Source: an uncultured Leptospirales bacterium
GTDB lineage: Bacteria; Spirochaetota; UBA4802; JAFGJZ01
Direction of reading: 5' to 3'
DNA: 42,434 nt
Assembly (NCBI GenBank): GCA_964484915.1
Contig: CAZAHA010000001.1
Span: 1-42,434, forward strand
Below are positions 9,949-19,213 of this stretch, in pieces; within the stretch, counting starts at the first letter, position 1, and each line of letters starts with the position of its first letter. The translations under genes and the position numbers were made by a program. The notes beneath the pieces are model-generated. The model had not been told where the DNA came from, did not search any database, and saw only the letters and a list, made by a program, of their open reading frames with translations.

Positions 9949-10605
9949 CTACATGTCAGACAGAAGCTTGATATCGGTCAGCGTAACTGAAAGACGCCGT
10001 GCTACAGAGTCTACAAATTCCTGTTTCATGTTATCACGGTCAAATTCACCACTACCGACATATTTTTGCTGATGATCAAGATACACTATCTCGGTATCCC
10101 GGTTGATAATAACGATAACGCTGTTGTAGTTTATTGCCTTCAGATACGGAGAATACGCGCCGCCAATTTCATATAGAAGAAGGTAATCCGTATCATTGGC
10201 GCGCATGAGATCCCGTATTTCGTTCCGGTTTGCCGCAAGAACGGTCCGGACCATGCCGAGAGACTTGTATTTTAAAAATTCCCTTCCCGCTGAGACCTGG
10301 TAAAAGCGTTCGTTTTGAGAGGAATACACCGACAGAGCATCGTCCGAACTGACTATCCTGACTTTTTTTTCCGTCTGATATCCCGACAGCCACGTGTTTA
10401 AATTGTTCAGATACTCTTCGTGCGTAATCCGGCTTGATTCGGACAACCGGACAATAACCGCGATAGAGTCCACATCTTCAAAGGTGTCCTTTTCCTGTAC
10501 TATCCGACGCACATTGTTCGCGGATGTGCAGGAAACCCCAAAAATGACCAGACTGCCTATCAGAATGAGACTCCGTACGGCATGTTTCGCTACCAGCACG
10601 TTCAT
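9949..10605 (-). CDS. Hypothetical lipoprotein (218 aa)
   Basis: Signal peptide plus lipobox (LILIGSLVIFGVSC). No family motif recognised. Starts 3 nt after the iorB stop, so probably co-transcribed. Confidence 0.6.
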   Translation of the reverse strand: MNVLVAKHAVRSLILIGSLVIFGVSCTSANNVRRIVQEKDTFEDVDSIAVIVRLSESSRITHEEYLNNLNTWLSGYQTEKKVRIVSSDDALSVYSSQNERFYQVSAGREFLKYKSLGMVRTVLAANRNEIRDLMRANDTDYLLLYEIGGAYSPYLKAINYNSVIVIINRDTEIVYLDHQQKYVGSGEFDRDNMKQEFVDSVARRLSVTLTDIKLLSDM

Positions 10606-10608
10606 ACA

Positions 10609-11172
10609 CTACTTCCTTGTCAGTTGAAACGCAGTCTTGTTGAGATCAACAAACTTCGGCTTCACATGCGTTTCGATTGATTTCATCCAATTCTCCTCCC
10701 GAAAGGGGAGGTGGCGCGACAAAAACCCGAGCATGATGATGTTCAATGCCTTCCTGTTGCCGATTTCCGAAAGGATCCCGTCCGTGTCTACCATCTCCAG
10801 CTTCCGGATGTTCTTCTCAAGCCAGTCGGGTATGTTCGCGGGATAGGTCATGGCTCCGTTCTGAACCGGAACAGGATCTATCTTGAAGTTATTCACTATC
10901 AGCATTCCTTCGTCAGAGATAAACGGCATCATCCGGATTGATTCAAGCAGTTCGAACGAAACGATGAAGTCCGCACCGTTTTTCGGAATAATCGGAGAAA
11001 AAACCTTTTCACCGAAGCGGACGTTGCAGTTTACACTTCCTCCGCGCTGGGCCATACCGTGTACTTCCGACTCCTTCACATCAAACCCCTCGGCCTTTGC
11101 CGTTTCCATAAGCACCTTGGAGGCAAGGATCACACCCTGGCCCCCGACACCACAAAATATAATATTCTTCAT
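10609..11172 (-). CDS. iorB: Indolepyruvate:ferredoxin oxidoreductase subunit beta
   Basis: N-terminus MKNIIFCGVGGQGVILASKVL is typical of the 2-oxoacid:ferredoxin oxidoreductase gamma-type domain. Size 187 aa, directly downstream of iorA. Confidence 0.85.
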   Translation of the reverse strand: MKNIIFCGVGGQGVILASKVLMETAKAEGFDVKESEVHGMAQRGGSVNCNVRFGEKVFSPIIPKNGADFIVSFELLESIRMMPFISDEGMLIVNNFKIDPVPVQNGAMTYPANIPDWLEKNIRKLEMVDTDGILSEIGNRKALNIIMLGFLSRHLPFREENWMKSIETHVKPKFVDLNKTAFQLTRK

Positions 11173-11189
11173 ATCTGTACAGCCTTTCT

Positions 11190-12743
11190 CTATTTTTTCA
11201 GTATGCAGCTTCGTTTCGCAATGATCACAGACGGTTCCCGGGCCGCAAGCTCCTCTTTTAGAAGGGACTCGAATGCATCAACGTCCTTCGGGTCTACACA
11301 GAACACGCGGTTTACCCCAACAGCCTTTGATAACAGCTCAAAATCAAGCTCATGTGTCTTTTCACCCATAAGCGTCACGCCGGTAGCGGGATTTTCCTGA
11401 TGTCCGGTCATCCCTGTGGTCCTGTTATCCAGGATGATGACCGTACCGGTACCCTTGTTGTAGACAATATCGATCAGCCCGGTTATACCGCTGTGTACAA
11501 ATGTGGAGTCGCCGATAACCGCGACACTGCTTGAGGCCATTGCATCACCCTGCGCCTTCTCAAATCCCAGATGCATACTGACGGACGCGCCCATGCATCC
11601 CTGGCTGTGCATTGCGGAGTAGGGCGGCAGTACGCCGAGCGTGTAGCATCCTATATCACCGTTGACCGTTACATCAAGCTTTTTTAGTACGTTAAAAACA
11701 TACGCATGCGGACACCCCTTGCACAACGCCGGCGGCCGTGGAGGGACCGTCTCCGGAAACATTTCGATGGAATTTTTCCGCTCGACCCCGTTGAGTGCGC
11801 GGTCAACAATGTCGACGGTCAATTCATTGCATATCGGCAGAATATCTTTTCCGCGGGTTTTAAAGCCGAGCGCCTTTACGTAGTTCTCGATGAATGGATC
11901 AAGCTCCTCAACGACGTAGAGCTCATCGACCGATTCGGCGAATTTTCTGATAAGCGCATCCGGCAGAGGCCATATCATGCCGATCTTAAGGATCGAATCA
12001 TCCGGACAGCACTCCTTAACGTACTGGTACGCGATCCCGTTTGTGATGATTCCCCGCTTTTTGTTGCCCCATTCGATTGTATTGTACTTCGACGAGGACG
12101 AAAACTCCTTTAGTTTTTCCAGCTGCTCTTCGATGTACACGTGGCGCGGCCGTGCATGCGCGGGTATCATTACATATTTTTTCGGGTCACGGACAAATTC
12201 ACGCACCGGTACCTCATCCCGTTCCTTGCAATCAACAATAGCCCGGGAGTGTGAGATTCTGGTAGTCACCCGTACAAGAAACGGCCGGTCAAACCGTTCG
12301 GAAAGCTCAAACGCCTCCCGGACATAGTCCTTTGCCTCGTTCGGATCGGACGGTTCAAGCATCGGCAGCTTCGATGCCCGGGCATAGTGTCTGTTGTCCT
12401 GCTCATTCTGAGAGCTCCATGCACCGGGATCATCCGCGTTGATGATGACGAGTCCTCCGTTTACCCCCGTATAGGAAAAGGTAAAGAGCGGGTCCGCGGC
12501 GACGTTCAGGCCCACATGTTTCATCGCGCACATGGCACGTGCTCCGGCGATTGAAGCACCGGCAGCTACTTCCAGCGCCACTTTCTCGTTGGGTGACCAT
12601 TGCGATTTAATCTGCGGATGGTTTGCTGCCACCGCTTCGAGAATTTCTGTTGATGGCGTACCGGGGTATGCCGCCGCAACATGACAGCCGCCTTCGTATG
12701 CACCCCTGGCAATTGCCTCGTTACCAAGAAGAACTTTGTTCAT
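11190..12743 (-). CDS. iorA: Indolepyruvate:ferredoxin oxidoreductase subunit alpha (TPP-binding)
   Basis: MNKVLLGNEAIARGAYEGG N-terminus, CKGCPH cysteine motif, GDSTFVHSG TPP motif. Start trimmed from the track's 12830 to the ATG at 12741-12743, which has GGAG 10 nt upstream. The longer form would overlap the ACT gene by 110 nt. Confidence 0.9.
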   Translation of the reverse strand: MNKVLLGNEAIARGAYEGGCHVAAAYPGTPSTEILEAVAANHPQIKSQWSPNEKVALEVAAGASIAGARAMCAMKHVGLNVAADPLFTFSYTGVNGGLVIINADDPGAWSSQNEQDNRHYARASKLPMLEPSDPNEAKDYVREAFELSERFDRPFLVRVTTRISHSRAIVDCKERDEVPVREFVRDPKKYVMIPAHARPRHVYIEEQLEKLKEFSSSSKYNTIEWGNKKRGIITNGIAYQYVKECCPDDSILKIGMIWPLPDALIRKFAESVDELYVVEELDPFIENYVKALGFKTRGKDILPICNELTVDIVDRALNGVERKNSIEMFPETVPPRPPALCKGCPHAYVFNVLKKLDVTVNGDIGCYTLGVLPPYSAMHSQGCMGASVSMHLGFEKAQGDAMASSSVAVIGDSTFVHSGITGLIDIVYNKGTGTVIILDNRTTGMTGHQENPATGVTLMGEKTHELDFELLSKAVGVNRVFCVDPKDVDAFESLLKEELAAREPSVIIAKRSCILKK

Positions 12744-13179
12744 TACTCTCGTCTCCGATAATATCAATTTTTTTGAGTACGTTGAATCCATGTTCGGCAA
12801 AAACCTCCTGCGCCTTGTCAATATCCTCAAAGCGGAAGATCATGACGGCCTTGCCGTCCTTTTTTTCCGGAAACGCATACATATACTCGATATTAATGTC
12901 ATTATCCTTGAAGTATTCGATTGTCTTGTACAGAGAGCCCGGAGTATCTTCGATACCGATACCGAGGACCTCGGTCACCGACGATGTTACGTTTTCAGCC
13001 TTGAGGACTTTGTGCGCCATTTCAGGTTTATCGACGATCATTCTGACAATGCCGAAATCGGAAACCTCGGCTATGGTCAATGTCCTGATGTTTATATCAT
13101 TTTCACCGAGTATTTTCAGGACATTTTGTAGATGTCCCGGTTTATTTTCAAGAAAAACAGATGTCTGTTTTATTCTCAT
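12721..13179 (-). CDS. ACT-domain protein (tandem ACT), partner of PaaK/IOR
   Basis: MRIKQTSVFLENKPGHLQNVLKIL and a second GIGIEDTPGSLYKTIEYF repeat are ACT-type beta-alpha-beta-beta-alpha-beta starts. ATG at 13177-13179 with GGAG 6 nt upstream, 1 nt after the paaK stop. Confidence 0.8.
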   Translation of the reverse strand: MRIKQTSVFLENKPGHLQNVLKILGENDINIRTLTIAEVSDFGIVRMIVDKPEMAHKVLKAENVTSSVTEVLGIGIEDTPGSLYKTIEYFKDNDINIEYMYAFPEKKDGKAVMIFRFEDIDKAQEVFAEHGFNVLKKIDIIGDESNEQSSSW

Positions 13180-13180
13180 C

Positions 13181-14494
13181 TTATGCTCCTTTTTCAATCT
13201 GCCGTCTGTCGATTACCCGCTTGGCCTTGCCCATACTGCGCTCAATGGTCTGAGGTTCAACCAGTATAACCTTTGATGAAATACCGAGTGTTCCCTTTAC
13301 GGCATCTTCTATTTTCAACTTGAGGCTGTTCATGACCTTGAGCTCATCGGAAAAGATCGCCTCGTTAACCTCAACCTGTATCTCTACATCATCCATCGTG
13401 CTCTGACGGTCTACTATGATCTGGTAGTGCGGCTTTACACCGTCCACAGACATCAGTACGGTCTCGATCTGGGACGGAAAGACGTTTACACCGCGTATGA
13501 TAAGCATATCATCTGATCGTCCGGTTACCTTTTCCATCTTTACCGATGTCCGGCCGCAAGGGCAGCTGTCCCGGAAGAGACGGGTAATGTCGCGTGAACG
13601 GTATCGTATAACGGGCGAACACTCCTTTGTAAGCGACGTATAGACAATTTCGCCGGTCTCGCCCTCCGGCAGAACCTCGCCGGTCTCCGGATTGATCGTT
13701 TCCACATAAAAATGGTCCTCAAACACATGAAGTCCTTGCTTCTGGCTGCATTCGATTGACACGCCCGGTCCGATAACCTCGCTCAATCCGTAGATGTCGT
13801 ATGCGTCAATACCCATACGTTCCTCGATTTCGGCACGCATGCTGTCGCTCCACGGTTCTGCGCCGAATATGCCGTATTTGAGCGTCGATGACCTGAAATC
13901 AAAGTCAAGGTTGCTCTTTTCGACATAATCGATGAGGTTGAGCGCGTATGACGGCGTACAGGCCAGCACAGTTGAGTGAAGGTCCCTGACCAGCATTATT
14001 TGCCGCGCGGTATTTCCTCCCGATATCGGTACGGTCACCGCTCCAAGCTTTTCGGCACCGTAGTGTATGCCCAGTCCGCCGGTAAAGAGACCGTACCCAT
14101 AGGCAACCTGGACGATGTCGTCCTTCCCGGCCCCGGCGGCTGCAAGAGTCCGTGCACAGAGCTCCGCCCAAACGTCGATGTCGTTTCTGGTATATCCAAC
14201 GACGGTTGCGTTTCCCGTTGTACCGGATGACGAGTGAATTCGTACGACATCGGAAAGCGGCGAAGCGAAAAGACCATACGGATAGTTATCCCGCATCTCC
14301 TGTTTTTCCATGAAGGGTATATGCTTCACGTCATCAAGACTTTTCAGATCATCGGGATGAAATCCGGCCGAGTCATACTTTTTCCTGAAGTACTCATTAT
14401 TTTGATACGTCCGGCGTACCGTTTCCTGCATCCGCTGCAGCTGGAGCTTTTTTAGTTCGTCAACCGGGAGCAATTCATATTCGGGATTATACAT
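13181..14494 (-). CDS. paaK: Phenylacetate-CoA ligase family adenylate-forming enzyme
   Basis: [17 protein letters not shown]-binding loop, about 437 aa. Start trimmed from the track's GTG at 14602 to the ATG at 14492-14494, preceded by GGAGG at a 5-nt spacing. Confidence 0.88.
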   Translation of the reverse strand: MYNPEYELLPVDELKKLQLQRMQETVRRTYQNNEYFRKKYDSAGFHPDDLKSLDDVKHIPFMEKQEMRDNYPYGLFASPLSDVVRIHSSSGTTGNATVVGYTRNDIDVWAELCARTLAAAGAGKDDIVQVAYGYGLFTGGLGIHYGAEKLGAVTVPISGGNTARQIMLVRDLHSTVLACTPSYALNLIDYVEKSNLDFDFRSSTLKYGIFGAEPWSDSMRAEIEERMGIDAYDIYGLSEVIGPGVSIECSQKQGLHVFEDHFYVETINPETGEVLPEGETGEIVYTSLTKECSPVIRYRSRDITRLFRDSCPCGRTSVKMEKVTGRSDDMLIIRGVNVFPSQIETVLMSVDGVKPHYQIIVDRQSTMDDVEIQVEVNEAIFSDELKVMNSLKLKIEDAVKGTLGISSKVILVEPQTIERSMGKAKRVIDRRQIEKGA

Positions 14495-14767
14495 ACAACC
14501 TCCGGCAAAAAGAGTATGGGAGTACCGTATTGGTATATACGGCTGATTATGTGAGTTTTGGACCAATACAGGAAAACTGTTGTACCGTATCGGACTTTTC
14601 ACTTTTTCGATTACAGAAAATTGTTTGCCGCTATATGTAAATTGTTTTTTCTTAACGGCAGATTAGTTATATCTTATAAAAATGGTACGTTTGCTGCATT
14701 TATCTTTACAAAATCCGTGCTTGTCCGCAGATTGTAGACGTAAAACTATATTCAAGGCAAAGTATAC

Positions 14768-16402
14768 ATGGTATTTTCCGAACTTGATCTTCATCCTGAC
14801 CTGTTAAAGAGTATTGACGAACTCGGCTTCGAAAGCTGTACCGAGGTTCAGGAGAAGACATTTAAAAGCACATTTCAGGGATCCGATGTCATCATCCAGT
14901 CAAAGACGGGAACCGGAAAGACAGCGGCATTTCTGATTAGCATATTTAATCACTTTACCACGTGTAATGAAAACACACGTAAATTCGCGCTGATACTCGC
15001 GCCGACACGGGAGCTTGCTCTGCAGATTGAAAAGGAAGCCATTCAGATCGGCAAGTATCTACCATACAAAATCGCAACCTTCTACGGCGGTGTCGGATAC
15101 AAGAAGCAGGAGATGCAGCTGGCAGAAGGAGTCGATATTATGATCGCTACTCCAGGGCGGCTGATCGATTTTATAAAGAGCAAAAAGATAAACATATCCG
15201 ACGTGACCTATTTTGTCGTCGACGAGGCGGACAGAATGTTTGACCTGGGATTCTCGAAGGATATAGAATTTATTGTACGTAAACTGCCGGGATCAGACAA
15301 GCGACGTACAATTCTGTTAAGTGCGACGATTAACCGGAATGTAAAAATATTCGCGGGCAAGTTTATTCATGACCCCGTAGAGATCGACCTCTCCCCAGAC
15401 CAGCTTATTGTAGAGAATGTAGAGCATTATGTCGTTCATGTATCCCTGCATGAGAAGTTCAATTTCCTGCTCGGTCTTCTTGAAAAGCAGAAACCGAAGA
15501 CAGCGTTCATCTTTACCAACACAAAACAAGCCGCCATTATGGTTGCCGAAAAGCTGAAACTCCACGGAGTAGATGCTGAATACATAATCGGCGACCTGCC
15601 GCAGGCAAAGCGGACAACAATCATCAACAAGATCAAAGAGAACAAGATCCCCTTTCTTGTTGCCACCGATGTTGCTGCACGCGGTATACACGTAAACGAA
15701 CTCGATATGGTAATAAACTACGACCTTCCGGAGGACCCGGAAAATTATGTCCACCGCGTCGGAAGGACAGCGCGTGCCGGAATGAAGGGTGTAGCCTATT
15801 CGTTTGTCTGTGAACGATTTGTATACGGTCTGGAACCGCTTGAAAATTTTCTGGATATCAAGATTCCGGTTTTCTGGCCGGAAGATGATTATTTCGTCGA
15901 CACTGCCTGTATGGATTACAGCTCACTATCGTCCTTCGACAACAATAAGCGCCGGACAGGCGGTCGAGGCGACAACCGGAGAGGCGACTCACGCCGGAAG
16001 GACAGAAATCTTATTAGGCCGGAAGGCTCGAGGCAGAAACGTCAACAACCCAAACGGTCGCGCCCATCCAATCAGGATACTGACGAGCAGAAGAGAACTC
16101 ATGCCAGAAGCCAGCGGTCAAAATCTGACAGTAGAAGACCGGATAGCCGCAAGTCCACATCAAAAAAATCTTCTGCACCTGTACAGCAAGCTGCCGCTCA
16201 AAAACGGCCAAAACAGATAACAAAGAAAAACATGACTCCGAAACGAAAGCATGATCTTGATAAGCGTCTGAAGATGTATGCAGAAAAATATGGCGAGGAT
16301 TTTTCCGTTGCCGGCACGGAAAAGGCTGGCGTAAACGGCAAGAAAGGGAAGGGGATTCTCTCACAGGTTGCGTCAAAAATATCATCTCTGTTTAAGAAAT
16401 AG
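14768..16402 (+). CDS. DEAD-box ATP-dependent RNA helicase with an Arg/Lys/Ser-rich C-terminal tail of about 170 aa
   Basis: Motifs QSKTGTGKTAAF (I), PTRELA (Ia), VVDEADRM (II), SAT (III) and HRVGRTARAG (VI). The tail after residue 375 or so is low-complexity and basic. Confidence 0.95.
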   Translation: MVFSELDLHPDLLKSIDELGFESCTEVQEKTFKSTFQGSDVIIQSKTGTGKTAAFLISIFNHFTTCNENTRKFALILAPTRELALQIEKEAIQIGKYLPYKIATFYGGVGYKKQEMQLAEGVDIMIATPGRLIDFIKSKKINISDVTYFVVDEADRMFDLGFSKDIEFIVRKLPGSDKRRTILLSATINRNVKIFAGKFIHDPVEIDLSPDQLIVENVEHYVVHVSLHEKFNFLLGLLEKQKPKTAFIFTNTKQAAIMVAEKLKLHGVDAEYIIGDLPQAKRTTIINKIKENKIPFLVATDVAARGIHVNELDMVINYDLPEDPENYVHRVGRTARAGMKGVAYSFVCERFVYGLEPLENFLDIKIPVFWPEDDYFVDTACMDYSSLSSFDNNKRRTGGRGDNRRGDSRRKDRNLIRPEGSRQKRQQPKRSRPSNQDTDEQKRTHARSQRSKSDSRRPDSRKSTSKKSSAPVQQAAAQKRPKQITKKNMTPKRKHDLDKRLKMYAEKYGEDFSVAGTEKAGVNGKKGKGILSQVASKISSLFKK

Positions 16403-16422
16403 CCGCTTTGTTTGCAGACGCG

Positions 16423-18525
16423 TCATTGTGCTTTCAGCTTGCAACATACAACAGCCCCGCTGCCGTCCTCTGAAAAAATATCCAGAGATGCCGAGATTGA
16501 CCGGCATCTCATCCGCATAAACTTGATTCCAAGACCCGCTGATGTTGAATCATATGTAAACCCGCTTCCGAAATCACGGACCTTAATCAATATGAAATCA
16601 TTTTGGCGCGTAATATCGATCTGTACCCTGTCGGTTTGTGCATGCTTTACCGCATTTGTAACAGATTCCTCGATGATGTAATAGAGGTTCTCAAGGATGT
16701 GGTCATCTTTGAATTCTATATCGTCCTCTACCGTCAGTGTACATTCAATATTATATCTATTCTCGACGATGCGGACAAGGTCCTCAAGCATCGTCTGCAG
16801 ACTGGTATATTGTTCATGTATGGGAGAGATACCGCGTGAGAGATTCTTTGCATTGGATATTGCACTGTTGAGGCTTTCCTTTATATCGTGTACGAGTTTG
16901 ACCATCTCAACGGAAGCACCGGTTGCGGCAATCTGCTGGCCCAATATCTTTGAATTAATGGAGATACCGAGCAGTTCATGGGTCAACCCGTCGTGAAGTT
17001 CCATTGCAATCTTCCGCCTTTCGTTCTGGGCAATTTCACTCATGCGAAGGTCCGTCTCGATCTCGTCGGTTATATCATTTATAACGATTATTGCTCCTGT
17101 TATCCGGTTTCTTCGTTCGATATATGGATTGAATGAAATCTCAACATACCGTTCACCGGACGGAAAGTCCAGCCATTGTTCAGTTTTCTGAAACCTTCCG
17201 TTTTCGAAACACTCTTCCAGCATGCCGTCCAGAGCCGATTCATTGACAGATTTACCGAGTATCACGTCCAGGGTTTTCCCGACAATATGCTCAGATGGAA
17301 GTTTAAGCAATGCAAGAATATGGTTATTGGCAAGCGTAATAGTCTTTCTGTCGTCAATGAAAACAATTCCCTCATGTGATGAGTTGACGATATGCTTGTA
17401 CTTTTCAAGATTTGCAACCGCGTATTTCTTTTCTGTAATATCAATCAGTGCCACCTGTATGGCACTGTGCCCGTTATATACTATCCTGTTCCACATGAAC
17501 TCAACCCAGATAAGCTGTCCGGATTTCGTATAGAGCCGAAATTCATAAGAATGTTTTAGTGATGTGTTCTCTACTATCTTTTCGTATTCCTCAAATACTC
17601 TTTCCCGTTCGACGATTGGTACGAGTGTTTTTATTAACAGAGTGATGTCGCGGTCTCTGATGTTGTCTGTCCTGAATCCGATTATCTCCGAAAGACGGCT
17701 GTTAACAAAGACAATTTTGTCTTCCTGTATGATGAAAAGACCAAACGAAGAGTTGTTGACCAGATTTGTATAAGCTTCCTGTATCTCCCTGCTTTTGGAA
17801 ATATCCTGACGGATAATGCCGACCTCGGAAACCGTTCCGTCTTCATTTACAATTGGATAATAGTTATCCTTTAAATAGTATTCCTGATTCTTGTACGTAA
17901 GCGATTTTTTGAGAGAGAGCTCTTCCTTGCTGTTCATGACATGTCGGATATTCTCGACAATCTGCCTGGATGAATACGTATCGATAATTTCCGATATAAG
18001 AATACGGAATGCTGTGGATGGATTATTAATGATCCTGTCTGATCCAAGGAAGTTTTTGATACGTCCCTGTTTGTCAAGAACCGCCATGACAGAATCGGAA
18101 TAGTCTACAATTGTCCGCAGATATATCTCGTTTTTTCTAAGATCAGACTGCTGTTTAACCTCCGCATCGATATTGTGTGCGAGTATGACAACATACACTT
18201 TTCCATCTGATTCGATTCGGTATTTAAGGACGCGTAAATGCGACACACTACCGTTATGCGACAGAGCATGCGTATAGCTGTATGTCTCGCCGTCCACGAT
18301 GATACGCCGCTCAATATCAGCAAGTTTTCGATATTCCAGGCCGAAAATCTCATATTCCTTCCTGCCGATGATTTCGTCCTTGTTTTTCCGCGTACATTCA
18401 AGAAACCTGTCGTTAACATAAACGTATTTCAACGACGAGTCCTTCACCGCGACGAGACCCGGGTAGTGCTGCAACGAGTGGGAAAAAAGTGCATGATGCT
18501 GAATATGTGTATGATCCGCTTCCAT
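16423..18525 (-). CDS. Multi-PAS sensor histidine kinase with HisKA_3 (NarX/DegS-type) dimerisation domain and HATPase_c
   Basis: H-box ERRKIAMELHDGLTHELLG, N-box EESVTNAVKHA, and G-boxes DFGSGF and GLGIKFM. Several PAS-like repeats precede them and no TM segment is evident (cytoplasmic). The track start at 18558 is TTG. The ATG at 18523-18525 lies 1 nt after the regulator's stop and is preferred. Confidence 0.85.
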   Translation of the reverse strand: MEADHTHIQHHALFSHSLQHYPGLVAVKDSSLKYVYVNDRFLECTRKNKDEIIGRKEYEIFGLEYRKLADIERRIIVDGETYSYTHALSHNGSVSHLRVLKYRIESDGKVYVVILAHNIDAEVKQQSDLRKNEIYLRTIVDYSDSVMAVLDKQGRIKNFLGSDRIINNPSTAFRILISEIIDTYSSRQIVENIRHVMNSKEELSLKKSLTYKNQEYYLKDNYYPIVNEDGTVSEVGIIRQDISKSREIQEAYTNLVNNSSFGLFIIQEDKIVFVNSRLSEIIGFRTDNIRDRDITLLIKTLVPIVERERVFEEYEKIVENTSLKHSYEFRLYTKSGQLIWVEFMWNRIVYNGHSAIQVALIDITEKKYAVANLEKYKHIVNSSHEGIVFIDDRKTITLANNHILALLKLPSEHIVGKTLDVILGKSVNESALDGMLEECFENGRFQKTEQWLDFPSGERYVEISFNPYIERRNRITGAIIVINDITDEIETDLRMSEIAQNERRKIAMELHDGLTHELLGISINSKILGQQIAATGASVEMVKLVHDIKESLNSAISNAKNLSRGISPIHEQYTSLQTMLEDLVRIVENRYNIECTLTVEDDIEFKDDHILENLYYIIEESVTNAVKHAQTDRVQIDITRQNDFILIKVRDFGSGFTYDSTSAGLGIKFMRMRCRSISASLDIFSEDGSGAVVCCKLKAQ

Positions 18526-18526
18526 T

Positions 18527-19213
18527 TTAATCCGGATTGCTGGTTGTTGTGTTTTCAACCGCTATACAGCGGTATCCGACGTTTCGGACAGTCTCTATAA
18601 GCGAATTAAAGTCGGCACCGAGTTTGGATCGGAGTCGGCGGATATGAACATCGACCGTGCGGGTACCCCCTATGTATTCAATACCCCATATCTTGCTCAG
18701 GAGTTCCTTGCGCGAGAAGACCTTGCCGCTGTTCTGTATGAGAAACTTCAGGAGTTCAAATTCCTTATAGGTAAAATCAATCTTTTCGTTATTCAGAAAA
18801 ACGGAATACTCATTCAGATTAATTTCTATGTCACCGATCCTGATAATCGAATCATCGATCGATTCAAAACTTTTTCCAAGCTGCTTTTCAATACGGAGGC
18901 GCAGCTCTCCTTTCCGCAGAGGATAGAGTATGAAATCGTCAAAGAACCACTCAACATCGACGGCATCACGCAGTGACAGGTGGAGCAGCAAAATAACCGG
19001 CTTATGGGCCAGTTTTTTCCGTATTCTTGAAAGATTAAACTGAAAGGTTTCATCACCTTTAAAGTAGTCAGAGTCGATAAGCAGCACATCGGTCAGTTCA
19101 GACCTGATCGCGTTAATCGAACGGTGATGCTGAATGGAGAGACCCTCCAGTTCTCCCGCGATATCGGACTGGGTCTTTGTCTCTCTCGTTACTGTTGTTA
19201 CCCTGATACTCAC
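18527..19213 (-). CDS. OmpR/PhoB-family winged-helix DNA-binding regulator with a degenerate receiver domain
   Basis: C-terminus has typical Trans_reg_C features: FTYKEFELLKFL, RTVDVHIRRLRSKL, VRNVGYRC. The N-terminal receiver lacks the acidic DD pair (IRVTTVTRE) and the conserved Lys (DDFILYPL instead of KP). GTG start overlaps the GT4 stop (GTGA). Confidence 0.8.
   Translation of the reverse strand: MSIRVTTVTRETKTQSDIAGELEGLSIQHHRSINAIRSELTDVLLIDSDYFKGDETFQFNLSRIRKKLAHKPVILLLHLSLRDAVDVEWFFDDFILYPLRKGELRLRIEKQLGKSFESIDDSIIRIGDIEINLNEYSVFLNNEKIDFTYKEFELLKFLIQNSGKVFSRKELLSKIWGIEYIGGTRTVDVHIRRLRSKLGADFNSLIETVRNVGYRCIAVENTTTSNPD

Noticed and set aside
12623-13276. 217-aa plus-strand ORF antisense to the ACT-domain gene and the iorA 5' end
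   Set aside because: It is Ser/Leu-rich with no motifs and overlaps two well-supported minus-strand genes. Shadow ORF.
14522-14593. Direct repeat GTACCGTAT(T/C)GG occurring twice exactly 60 nt apart in the paaK leader, plus a 6-bp stem CCGTAT...ATACGG
   Set aside because: An 11/12 match within a region of about 270 nt is not clearly beyond chance, and the stem is short. It is worth noting only if conserved in orthologous leaders, which I cannot test.
11190-14602. N-terminal extensions of track ORFs (iorA from 12830, ACT from 13197, paaK from 14602; likewise the kinase 18558, vWA-FHA 26747, mnmE 29457, jag 30079 and TPR 21214)
   Set aside because: I checked several of these track starts and they are TTG or GTG codons rendered as M. 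The extensions overlap upstream genes and lack SD sequences. Internal ATGs with GGAG/GGAGG at the proper spacing give N-termini that match the family consensus.
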